Assembly (NCBI GenBank): GCA_040285825.1
Contig: JAUPSS010000004.1
Coordinates: forward strand, 4,183,784 to 4,247,783
Direction of reading: 5' to 3'
Origin: Eukaryota sp. TZLM1-RC
Lineage: Eukaryota > Protista > Metamonada: BaSk clade
Length of the DNA: 64,000 bases
Position 1 is the first letter of the stretch, and every line of letters starts with the position of its first letter. Made by a program: the position numbers and the translations under genes. Below are positions 34,383 through 46,018 of this stretch, piece after piece. The notes below the pieces were generated by a model. It worked only from the letters and a program-made list of their open reading frames with translations, was not told the DNA's origin and did no database searches.

Positions 34383-36580
34383 TGAAATTGCAGATGATTT
34401 AGCTTTTTATTTTCAACAATTGGTTTCATTGAAAGTCGTTCTTCCTCCTGAGCTTACTGCTACACGTCTCATTGTTTTAGTAAAACCTGGAAGTGAAACT
34501 AAACCTTCAGGAATTCGTTCTATTGCAGTAGGTGAATCTCTATCTCGTTTGTTGGCCTCAATTATTTTTAATAGAATTGTGAAGAAAGCTGGTAAATTTT
34601 TTGTCGCCTTTGCAATTTGGTATTCAAACGATTGATGGAGCTTCAGTTGCTGCTCTAACATCTGACTTGTTTTTTAACTCCAAAGGAAACAATTTTATTT
34701 TCAATTTAGATTTCAGTAATGCTTTCAACAGTGTGAAAAGAAAAGCAATTTACGAAGTGATTCAACAACATTTCCCTGAACTATCAAGTTATTTCTATTT
34801 GTTTTACGGTAAATCCAATGAATTGGTGTATGATGTGTTTTCTTTAAAATCTTCATCTGGTGTAAAACAAGGGGACCCTTTGGGCCCATTATTATTTTGT
34901 ATTGCAATCCAGGAACCTTTGATAGCAATCAATGAAAAATACCCTTCTCTTAAAATTTGAGGTTATATGGATGACATTTCCCGTATTGGTCCTTTTGATG
35001 TAGTCCAAAAAGCTTCAAATGAAATTGCTTCACAATATGAAAATGTAGGACTTCACTTGAATCCCCGAAAATGTCGATTAATTGGTAATGAATTCAAAGG
35101 GTTTAAAATTAATAATTGTAAAATTCCTTTTACCAATGTCTCAAGAAGCTTTTCGTTTTTAGGCTGTTGGTTAGGAATGGTTGATGAAATAACTAAATTT
35201 TTAATGAAATTGCTGAAAAACTTGGCAATGAGCTTCAATCAATTTCTGAATTGGAAATAAAGAAACATATCAATCTTTTTATTTTGTTACTCCGAAAAAA
35301 TTACTCACTTATTAAGATCAACAGCACCATCTTTCTCTATTCATTTTTGCCGATCACTTAATCAATTTCGTGCAACTTCTTTGCTTCCCAATTAGAAGTG
35401 AATCCTGAATTGATTCGAGCCCACTTGTTCTCATCTTCACAAGTTGGTGGTGAAAAAATTGTATTTTTGAATTTCTCAATCGTTTTCCTGAGGATAGCCA
35501 TTTGCTTAATGCATCATTTTCCAATTATTTGTATGACCTTGATGTTGCGATTAATAAAATTGCACCAGAAATTTGGTTTCAATGTTGTCCAAACTCAGTT
35601 CAAGAGATTACTCCACGATATTTAGTTAATTTAAGGTATTGTGTAAAGAAGCTTCAACAAAAACTGACAGTAATATTTGAAGGCTTGGATTATGAAGTAC
35701 GTCTTGGCATAGCCAAGCAAAAAAATCCCGCTTTTGCAAATTTTTTACTGGGTGTTTGTGATAGTGCTACGTCTTGTTTAATTAATCAAGTTCGAAGAAT
35801 TTATGGTTTGTTTCTAGATGACCCTTGCTTTTTATTTTCTATGCGTCTTAGATCTTTTATTTGGCCTGATAATTCTCCCCATGGTTTATTTTGTAAATGT
35901 GGAAAGACTGTCACTCCAACCCATTTATTTAATTGTAATCGTTTTATTACTTTTAGATCAAAAGTGCATGATGCAGTAAGTGATCAGCTCTATTGTATGT
36001 TTAAGTCCTACAAGATTGAATCATTTTTAGAACCTTTGCTTTCAAATTTGGCTGATGAAGCTGACAGAAATTCTATTGGTGATAGCCGCGGTCATGTGCT
36101 AGTTCCCGGACTTGGTGGATCAATGGTCATTATTGATGTCAGATCTACTGATGTATCAAACAGCTCAAATTTAAAAACTGGCACCATCTTATAATTCACC
36201 TTTACGTAGAGCTGAAGAAGCGAAAATTATCAAGTACAAGAAATAATCAATAACTTGAATTCCAACTCACATACTCAATACCTTCTTTGTCCTTTTGCTT
36301 ATTCATTATTTGGAACCTTGGGTAAAACTGCGTTATCTTTTTGGACAATTTCTCTTCTATTGTCAAAAATAGAACTGGAAGAATATTTGACCGCAAAAAC
36401 AGAATTGTATTTTCTATTTTTAAGGGAATGTATAGCCTTGTTTCTAGCTCGTTGTTATCACTAGGAAAATTCTATGAAGAAAATGTTGTAGGTAAGTTTT
36501 CAATAGTAGATGTGGAGTTTGAGAATATTGATTTTTAGTTTCATACAATTTTGTTTGAATAAAATATCTATCAAAAAAAA
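34383..36580 (+). mobile_element. 5'-truncated CRE-like non-LTR copy with A-tail
   Basis: RT motifs (LDFSNAFNSV, GVKQGDPLGP, YMDD) and RLE motifs. AATAAA and an A-run at 36558-36580. Confidence 0.85.
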
Positions 36581-36871
36581 TTTACCATCTTATAAAACCA
36601 TTCGTGCAACCATTAACTCAATGGTTAAACAAGCAATTATTATATTGAAACTTAAAAAAAACTGCTTCAAAATTTCAACAGTTACGAATACACACTGCAT
36701 GCTGCCTGAAAATGTATTTACAGTCCCGTTTGAAACGCAACTTGTCATTATCACGTTTGACTGCCAAATTGTGTGAATCATTGAAGGCAAGAATTCGTTA
36801 TATTTCTGATGATTTTTACGAGCAACAAATGGTAAAACCAAAAAGTGCAATTTTACAGGATTTGGAAGAGT

Positions 36872-36994
36872 TTGTACATGGTGAAGCAGTTTGTAGATTA
36901 ACTAGCTTTGAACAACAAACGTTAAACCAAACATTGTATATGGTGAAGGAGTTTGTAGATTAACTAGCTTTGAACAACAAACGTTAAACCAAAC
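36872..36994. repeat. 62-bp tandem duplication inside the Fanzor pseudogene
   Basis: Two near-identical units with period 62, which shifts the frame. Confidence 0.85.
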
Positions 36995-37264
36995 TTTGAG
37001 TTATTTTGATCGCTTGAGACACAAGCCTGAAGAGTTTCCACGATTTCCAACTGATGGACTCAGTAGACCTCCCGAGGACATGGCACCGGCAATGTTTTCC
37101 GATTTTGAGAATAAGTTGAAACTAAATTATGAAAAACATGCCAATCGTTTTATTAATGTTTTTTGACAGAGTAGATGTAGAAAATGTGTTAGTAGAAATG
37201 CACAAACTAGTAGGGTACACATCGCCATTGTCTACTATAATTTCATTGTATAGATTTAGACTTC

Positions 37265-37423
37265 TGTTAGCCAGGTTAAACTCCTCCTTCCAGTTCGGAA
37301 AGTATGACGTGATACTTTAGCTTAAATTCGTTTTAGTTTTAAATTATTTTGATTTTCTTAATTCTGTTCCATAAACGTCTGTTATTTTAGTTAATGGAAA
37401 ACCAACGTGCACATAAGCCAACA
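37265..37423 (+). repeat. 5' LTR (159 bp)
   Basis: Direct repeat of 41838-42007 with TGTT/AACA termini. Confidence 0.9.
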
Positions 37424-40400
37424 GTAATTACTGTGGACTTAAGAGAATCCACTTCTGTCGCCAGGTACCCTAGTGTACCTACCCGGTGTAGGTACCCTAC
37501 ACTCCCTATTTACAACATACTGGTCGAGAAGCCATCTCCCAATAAGTGGAAGCGCTTAAGGTGTACGTATCACGTATGTCATCTAATCATGTCTCGTCGG
37601 ACATGACAAGGAGATATCCGTCCGCCACTCACTCTCAGTCTCCCTCCTGCTCGAAAGCATCCGAGCCCTCCTCCTAGGATTCTGACCGAGAAGCTATCAA
37701 GGCTCTCACTCAAGAAGTCGCTGCCCTGAAATCTAAACTTTCTCTCGCCGAGAAATCCAAACTGAACACTGAAGAGTCCTCCGAATCCACCCCTGTCTCC
37801 ACTGAAACGAGAAAACCTCGTCCGTCCTTTAACCCTCGAGATTTCAAACTTCCCTCTGTATTAGCTTATGAAGATAGCCAAGACCAAACCTCCGACTCCT
37901 CTAACACTACCAACGTTGCTACTTTCGAAAAGTGCCGCCTCGTTTCTGAAAACCAACTCCATCAACCCATGCTTCCGTATGTATTATGTACTATTACCCC
38001 CGTGGTGCTAGAAACCTTCGAGATCTTCGAAGGAATTGACCCTAATGACCCCGAAGCAATCCTTTACCACCTGTTATCCTTTTGCCGTTTCGAAGACTCT
38101 GCTGAGGCTTATCATAGCTTCAATCCCTGAAACTCAATTTGTCTGCCCCAACCGCCGAAGAAGCTATTACCTCTTATATTTCTGCCTTTCTCAAGAAGCT
38201 CCAACTCTGTCCCTCCGAGTTACCTGAAGCTGCCCGCATGAAGTTCTTTGTCAATGGAATACGCCCCAAGAGACTCCGCTTCATTATCCGAAATTATGTA
38301 CGTAAACTAGCTCCTCCAACCTCCGTCCCTGAACTCCGATTCTTCATAGGCTCTATCAACTTCCTCCGTGACTGGCTCCCATCCGTATCAAAGAGCTAGC
38401 TCCCCTAACCGTGCTATTAAAGAACAAGCCCAAACGCATCAAGTTAGGACCTCAAGTACTTTAATGCTTCAACAACATCAAGGAAATGGTGATTAACAGC
38501 CTCTCCCTCTCCCTGCCAGACACTGATAGCACTATCCTCGTGTCCACCGACGCCTCCGACAAAGCCATCGCTGGCATCATTTGGAAAGAGTTAGAACCTT
38601 CTTCCCAGGAACCTGCCTTTCAAAACGCAAGGTAATGCCTGTGTCATTTTATTCGCGCATTCTGACTTTGTCCCAACAACGCTGGTCTACCCTCCAGAAA
38701 GAGCTTTTCGCTATTGTTATGACGCTGTACCAGCCCAATCTCTCGTCGTTTCTTCTCACTAAGCATTTAACCATCTTCTGTGATCATAAGAACCTTGCCT
38801 ACTTGTTCTCTTGCCCTGACAACAATCGAGTTGTCCTCCGTTTGATTCCAGTCCTTCAGTCTTTCTCCTTCGTTTGTGTTCACATTGAAGGAACTAAGAA
38901 CTACTGGGCTGACTATTTATCTAGAGCCAACGATGATGAAATCGCCCCAAAAAAGAAGGAAAAGGAAGAGAAGAAGACCAGAAGTGTCTTTAACAACCCT
39001 GCCCCCGCCTTGTGCTGCATGATGACTCATCGAGGATCGGCTAACTCTCCACTGTGGAACTACATGAACCTCGACGATCTGACGCACTCCTCCTCCCACT
39101 GGTACGACATTGACTTTGACACCGCTCAAAGAACTCATCATCCTTTCGCCATCCGTCCTAAGCACTCCGTGACAGCTTTCCTCAACTCCCGCAAACACTT
39201 CATCCAATATAACCTGAATCCCGAACCTCACGAACTGCTCTCCCCCTCTCCCGCCCGCTTTTTCGTCCTCTTAACCGATCTGCCACTTCTGTTCGTCAAC
39301 ACCACTGCCCCCAAGAGACTTTGGCAAAGCTGCTTTCAACCCTCGGCCCGTCCCCACTCCTGATGAACCCCTTGGCTTACATGCTAGGAACCTGAAGGTA
39401 AACGATCTGATTCAACAAGCCAACTGGAACTCCCGCATCTATTTCCAGAACCCCAAGATGTCCAGTCTAGATTATCTTCCTAAGGGTATGCCCCTAAACG
39501 CTCATCTCATTATCCTCAACAATATTCATCCTAACGTCACCCTAGGGACTCTGATTGATAACGTACACATCTTCCATTTGATTCCCCTCCCTACTCACAT
39601 AGCCCCTTTTAGCTGGGAAAGAAACCGACACCTCACCCACCGATATCGCCTCCGAATCAATCAATCGTACTTGAATGCCGATCCACCCTCGACATACTAC
39701 CCCCAGCCTCTGGAGACGCGCTGAACAAAGTGGTCACTGCTTTCACGATTCAACTCCTCCTCCCTGCAACCCTAGAGAATGTCCCAATTCCCCCAAGTGT
39801 GACCATTTCCCTTGGACCTCCGACGTGCTTAGTGTCTGCACCTATGGTGACCAGTTATATGATTTCTGTTTACTCCCTACTGCCCTGACGTACTCCGACT
39901 TGAGACCTCCCTCGAGTCATCCCGCTCCAGCAAATTGCCAACATTTCCCCGACCCCCACCTACGTCAATTACGTCTTACCTACATCCAGAGACATCGCCT
40001 CCTTCATTCCCCTTTGTCTACTCAAGCCCGAGATCCACTTAGTATACCACTACGACAAAGACAAAGTTACTCCCTGTCCCATAGCTATTCCATCCTGAAA
40101 ATGGTTTATGGCCATCAGACAGACCTTCATGATAGAAACATTCACTATCACTATTTACCGCTGGACTATCACTCGGTCCTTGAAACCGAAGACGAACCCC
40201 AGTTCATACAAGAAACATCTCATGTTTGCTCTCACTTCGAGGACATCCGTTTTCCTTTTTTGACAACCCTACTCAATACCACTCCCGACTCGACTTCGTC
40301 TTACAAGACAAAGTCCTCGAAATCATTGACTATAGTGATGGTCGCCAGGGTTTCGTCAATGCTAACCGCTCCCCCGACGATCTTCCTACCTACTTCCTCC

Positions 40401-41837
40401 CTAGTTCCCGCTTCCACTTACCTACCAGCAGAGAGATCTTTGAACTCCACCCCGCAGTATTTGATCATCCCCGCTTCCTCCGTTCTCAGTTCAAGTCTGT
40501 AGATGATGAATATGATCGAAAATTCAGTTTTGTTTCAGCCATGATCGAGATCTCCTCTGAGTCCGATCCCCACCTCGTCGCTTCCCTAGTTCATTCTTTA
40601 TCCGAATCTTCGCCAGTTCCGACTTGATCGTCAAGCCCCTCGCCAGAAACTCTTCCGCTCGCTCGTTCCCCGACAAACTGTTCAACGAACAACAAAAGAG
40701 CCCTGACAGTGACCCTCTGTTTACCGACTGTAAGATCGAACCTCAACTGGGATTAAAGCTGACCCAGTCTAATAAGATCTTAGTTCGTCCCTCCCTTCGA
40801 TCCGAGATCCTCCTCCTAGTTCATGGATCCACTGAAGCCAGTCACCCCGCTATCACTAACTGCTGGAAGAACCTACTTGGCTCAGATTACTTTTGGCCCT
40901 CCATGAAAGCGGACCTAACAAACCATGTGAAGGAATGCGTCCCCTGCCAGAAGACTGCCCCAATTCTTTCAAGCTTCATATCCTCTACCGGTTCTCTGAA
41001 CTCTTCTCATCGTCCCTTCGAGTACATCCACTGTGACTGCATAGGCCCTCTCCCTCTCGATGTCGCCGGATCCAAATACGTAATCCATTTTGTAGACGCC
41101 TTTTTCGAAATTCAGTATCCTCATACCCTCTCGTGACCTGAAGGCCCAATCCATAGTAGATGCGCCCCTTGTCCATGTCTACTCTATTTTCGGAGCCCCC
41201 AAAGCGATCCACTCGGACAATGGCCCTGAGTTCCCCAATCAGATCTTCTCCTTGTTTTGCTCCTATTTGAACATTGAACATTCCCTATCGATACCCCATT
41301 TCCACCAATCCAATGGCCTAGTCGAACGCCAGCACCGTATATTCTTACAAACCGTTCGAAGCTCTTGTTGGACTTTAGCGATTATGATAACTGGTCCCAC
41401 TATGTACCTATCTGCCAAATGATCATTAATTCCCAGCCCCACTCCTCTCTACAACACTCTCCCTACCAGCTGATTTTCGGTACTGATTGTTCGCCCTGAC
41501 TGCTCCCACACACCCTGCTGAACGATTTAATTTCTATACCACAAGAACCAGACGTCCTGTTACCCGTTCTTCTTTGAAGACCTCTGTACATCTCGTCAAT
41601 CCCTGCTACTCCTCTTTGCCACCTGCTCTAGACGCCTATGTTGCTGCAGATTCCGGTGAGACCTTCTTAGATGCAATCCTCGACATCTCAAGCGACTCAG
41701 CCACCGTTTTGTGGTGTGATGGGACTACCACCAAACAGCCAGTCTCCTCCATGAAGAACATTTCTGCCTACTTCCGTTACCTGAAGCTATCCGATCCTCC
41801 TGCCCCGAAGCAACGCAGAAGAAAGAAGAAGAAACAG

Positions 41838-42007
41838 TGTTAGCCAGGCTAAACTCCTTTTTCCAGTTCGGAAAGTATGACGTGAATTATCACGTCATCT
41901 TTAGCTTAAATTCGTTTTAGTTTTAATTTATTTTGATTTTCATAATTCTGTTCCACAAGCGTCTGTTATTTTAGTCAATGGAAAACCAACGTGCACATAA
42001 GCCAACA
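41838..42007 (+). repeat. 3' LTR (170 bp)
   Basis: Direct repeat of 37265-37423, preceded by a purine tract. Confidence 0.9.
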
Positions 42008-43621
42008 CTTCGACAATTCAAAAACATGTTTTTAGTTGACGATAGAGATTACTTGAATTCTTTAAGACTTGCACCAGAAAATATTTCAGACCTTCTTAAT
42101 GATGAGGTTTTAAACTTATGCCAACATCATGATATGAGAAACAATGGACGTGACGAAAGCTTTTATGGTCTTATAACACTATTTACCTGTCAAATTGAGA
42201 ATTTAGTCATGGATGAAAGTCTGGTTAACAATATATTTCCAGTTAATGTACACTTTCATGCAGACGGTGTTGAAAAAGATCCTCAAATATTCCTAAAACC
42301 AGCAACTACAATTGCCCAATATATCTTCAGTAGAGAGAAAAAACCTTATCAAATATCCCTTGTTTCAACCAATGTAGGTCCAGGATATTTTCCTATTGAT
42401 ACAAGAACAATATGGAGAATTATTAAAAAAACATTGATGGAGGATCTGTTGCATGATCAGATATTAGGAATGGTCAATACACGAGCCAAAGTTCATAGAT
42501 TCAAACCACCTGAGCTATTTGACTTTTGGTATAATAGTATCGATTTAAACCATCCAATGTTCAAACAAAAGATTTATAAATTAAACAACATTATTCACAC
42601 AGATGAATTCAATATTGCAGTAGAATTTGTTCGTGGGATTTACAAGGTCAGAAGTGTAAACCAGGCAACAAGGCCAGTATTTTGGATTTAAAGAGTGATG
42701 ATGTTGATGATGATGCTGTTCAAGACAAACGAATTGTTGTTTGTGATCCTGGAAAACGTGATTTATTGTATTTTGGCAGTAAAAAAACGGATCAAGAATT
42801 AGCAATGGTGCCTGAACAGAAACTAGAGCAAAAAAATAGTCAGGTGATGAATCAACAAGACAAGAAAATCAAATGGTTGAGAATGACTCAGATGTCCTGG
42901 TCTTTGAAAAGTAAGAATTAAAGAAAAAGAAAAACGATGGACTACAGAGTATACTGAGGTAATTTTCGACACAACCAAATGATAGAGTCTAATGAAATGA
43001 CAAACGAAGATGCAAACACCGAATTATCCGCGTTTGGTGCCAATTCAGCAACTTTTATAGATTTTTCCAACTTTGTGGTTGTCAAACTTCGGAAAGTTTT
43101 TTTTGACAATTGACTTTTACAGTCTTGACTTGTGGAGCATTCATAAAATGCAAGCTTTTATTCACAAGCAAAAGACTGAAAGTTGGTTGTTAAAAAACCT
43201 TGTTCAGCAGTTTGGCAACCCAAAAGACACATTAATACTAATGGGTGATTATGGTAAAAAAAGGTTCCAAGAATTTAAAACATCACAGACCTACTCGAGG
43301 CATTAGATGGATTCAATTTCTGAAAAAAATGGATTTGAAGTAATGATTAATCAAGCTTTCACTTCAGCAAAATGTCCGGTTGGTTTTGAGAGGGTTGCTA
43401 CGTTCTTGAGAGTAACAAATCCCAGATGCTATAGAAGAGAAAAGACTCCTGTTACTACATGTCATGGTTTATTAGCTTGTAATAGTGAGAGTTGCAAACT
43501 CAGTAACAAAGGCTCAACAAAGCTTTTCAATAGAAATAAGCTGGATGGTCTGAATATGATTGATGTTGCTTAAGCCAGAATGAGTGGTAAAGAAAGGCCT
43601 CTGTAGCTGTGTAGTAGATAG

Positions 43622-43705
43622 TTTTTGTAATTATTCCACACGAAAATTGATCGTGTATTTATGGGAATTTCCATTATCCTTATGGAAACAGATTTGATAA
43701 TTAAC
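43622..43705 (+). ncRNA. Candidate omegaRNA scaffold of Fanzor locus 3
   Basis: Hairpins ACACGA/TCGTGT (43638-43656) and TTTCCAT/ATGGAAA (43668-43688). Terminal ACAGATT-N6-TTAAC. Confidence 0.5.
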
Positions 43706-43872
43706 TAATATATTTATTGAACATGTACACTTAATAAAAATTAATTCATAACTGATGAAACAGTCAAGAATCTGATGACTAATTAATGAAAGACCTCAAG
43801 CTTTGAAAAATCAACTTGATTCATTTCATCATCATCCATCAATACTACTTGACATTTTTGAACAATTAGCCA

Positions 43873-45543
43873 ATGTCTGATAGTGACTGGAAAACTGTTG
43901 TGGATAAACGACCACAACGTCCCAAGCAATCTGCTCCCACCACTCAGCCCAAACCCAAAGCACCCACACAACATCCACGGCGTCGTCAAAAAAACAAAGT
44001 ACATGCAGACTCTTCAGAGCCTATAACAGAGATACAAGTTCCCAAGTCTACCACTCACAATGGTAAGAAGAAGGCCAAGCCATCAAAGAAACAAAACCCT
44101 AACTTTGCAAAACCTCGGCAACCCCTGACCTCTCTCATCTCCTCTCTCAACCCTACTGAGTTGACCACTAAACTCAATGATATTGCCACCAAGTTTCAAG
44201 AACCTTCAACCTATTTTGCAAGAGGTAAGCTTGTCTGTGATACCCTTCTTTCCTTCTTTGCTCAAGCCGAACTTCCATTAGCTCCTTCCTCAACCTCCAC
44301 GTCTGACTTTTGTTCATTTTACTCTCTCCCTTGTTCGGTGTTGACCTCTTCTTTACTGTATCCTATTCAAGAGGCTTTCAAGCAACTTGGCTCTGAAGTT
44401 GGTTTTGAGCTTCTTCAATTGTTCTCCAAAGCTTTTATTGACCTTTCAAAGGGAAAAGGAATTGATTCAAAAGGGCATGTGGGATTGATGATTGCCATTC
44501 AATGCGTCATTGGCACGTCATCCGGTCATAATCAAGGTCAAAATGATGTGTTTTTGACCTTCCTTTCTGATCCCAGCCCACATGCTTTATGGATTCTTGC
44601 ACAATCTGTTTTACTTCCTATTCCTAACCTTTATCCTCTTTTTATTAATGAATTAATTGTTAATTTACTTGATCAAAACATTTCATTTGAAGTTCAGTCT
44701 ATAATTTCTAGTATTGGAACTTTGGTCTATGGTCAATTGGACGAGGTCTTGTCTATAAGTTCTGATCACCCTGTTAACAAGGCCATCTTTAAGGGAATGT
44801 TTGATTATTTTTACCAAGATGACACGTCAGCACGTCAGAATTCCGTTGACCAATTGAGACCCCTTGTATCCGAATGGTATTACTCTTTTGAACAGATTTC
44901 TTTACTCTCTCGCCCTCCAAAAGAACACATGGACACCTTACTGTCATCATTAATTATTTCAAAAGGTGATGAAGTTGTTGTACGGCCTAGGACAGTAATG
45001 CTTATTGTTTTTTCTCTTTACAATTATCCTGAATTATTTTCTGATTTAGCTGAAAAGTATTTCTCTCGCTTGTTAGAAATTAATGTTTTAATATCTGACA
45101 TTACCACCAATTTCCACTACAAGAAGACGGTTGATTTGAATTACCATTTCCCTGTTGCAAATGCCAATATTGAAGATCATAATTCGGACTTTTTAATCCA
45201 TCATTTCAATTTTGAAGGAATTTCAAACATAAAACAACAACTTTATGGAGCTAATTGGAAACCTTTTAAGCAGCAGTTCAAAGTCTTTTTATCAGGATTA
45301 ATTACCAAATGCAATGAGTTTGATCACTCTAAACTTAATGAGGAAAACTTGAATGTTCTGATCAACAACAAAAAGTTTTTAAAGTCTGCTTTGTCGTTAA
45401 TGAAGGCTTCCTTTTTGAAGACAGTGCTGAAAGTAACCCCTATTGCTGCTGTAAGTACTTGTGCAATAGTACTTTACTTGTATAAGGATGTAATAGACTT
45501 TGCTTTACCTTTTAATGGTAAATTGTTTGATTTGTTCAGATAG
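43873..45543 (+). CDS. TMEM214-like ER membrane protein
   Basis: N-terminal W..V.K motif, basic linker, GLMIAIQ and LWILAQ segments, C-terminal transmembrane helix. Confidence 0.5.
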   Translation: MSDSDWKTVVDKRPQRPKQSAPTTQPKPKAPTQHPRRRQKNKVHADSSEPITEIQVPKSTTHNGKKKAKPSKKQNPNFAKPRQPLTSLISSLNPTELTTKLNDIATKFQEPSTYFARGKLVCDTLLSFFAQAELPLAPSSTSTSDFCSFYSLPCSVLTSSLLYPIQEAFKQLGSEVGFELLQLFSKAFIDLSKGKGIDSKGHVGLMIAIQCVIGTSSGHNQGQNDVFLTFLSDPSPHALWILAQSVLLPIPNLYPLFINELIVNLLDQNISFEVQSIISSIGTLVYGQLDEVLSISSDHPVNKAIFKGMFDYFYQDDTSARQNSVDQLRPLVSEWYYSFEQISLLSRPPKEHMDTLLSSLIISKGDEVVVRPRTVMLIVFSLYNYPELFSDLAEKYFSRLLEINVLISDITTNFHYKKTVDLNYHFPVANANIEDHNSDFLIHHFNFEGISNIKQQLYGANWKPFKQQFKVFLSGLITKCNEFDHSKLNEENLNVLINNKKFLKSALSLMKASFLKTVLKVTPIAAVSTCAIVLYLYKDVIDFALPFNGKLFDLFR

Positions 45544-46018
45544 GTGTGATTGTTATAAATATTGTGTTTTATAAATTTTAGTATACTCATAGAATAATAA
45601 AAAAAATAGAATAATAAAATCAACAGGGGGTTTAATGATGGAAGCCAAAATTGATTCACATCGTCGAGTATAAGAATAAAAGTCTTCATTAGAGAGAGGG
45701 GAAACAATAGAATGACTAAAATCAACTTCAACTCTATTAACGAATTGGGAAAGATTTCTGAATAAATGACGAGGAAAAGTTCTTTCTATATTTGAAGGTA
45801 AATATCTTTTACCAATAATTCTTAAACCCACAGGATGTAATCTAACCAAAGGTCTAAAAACTCCCGTTTTAAGCTTAATTAGTTGAAAAGAATTAGTAAT
45901 CGTACCTTCAGGAAATACAGAAGTCACTGGAATTCTGCAATCATTTTGATTGGATGAAAGTGTTTCCAATCTTTCGGTTAATAAGTGTGCAGCTCGTTCA
46001 GTAAAACTAGGGTTAGGG

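Larger units (their letters stand above)
34383..40626. repeat. Left arm of a ~6.2-kb inverted duplication
   Basis: Reverse complement of 49697-55939; mirrored ORF set. Confidence 0.95.
37265..42007 (+). mobile_element. Gypsy LTR retrotransposon derivative lacking PR/RT core, with a large extra domain; both LTRs and a 4-bp TSD present
   Basis: LTRs TGTT..AACA at 37265-37423 and 41838-42007, TSD CTTC at 37261-37264 and 42008-42011, PPT at about 41815-41837. TDAS, RNase H, integrase and chromodomain-like remnants. Confidence 0.9.
36585..43621 (+). pseudogene. Fanzor1-like nuclease pseudogene, subfamily B, split by the LTR element at 37265-42007
   Basis: N-terminal YKTIRATINS..HT..LKMYL. SLYRFRL|RQFKNMF rejoins across the LTR element. 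VVCDPGKRDLLY, LMGDYG, INQAFTSAKCP, HGLLAC..C and ERP tail. Confidence 0.8.

Noticed and set aside
36872-36994. CRISPR-like repeat-spacer pattern
   Set aside because: Only two units, and the apparent spacers are also duplicated. It is a simple 62-bp tandem duplication.
37394-42007. Duplicated genes beginning MENQRAHKPT (37394, 41978, 52928)
   Set aside because: The peptide is a chance translation of the LTR end.
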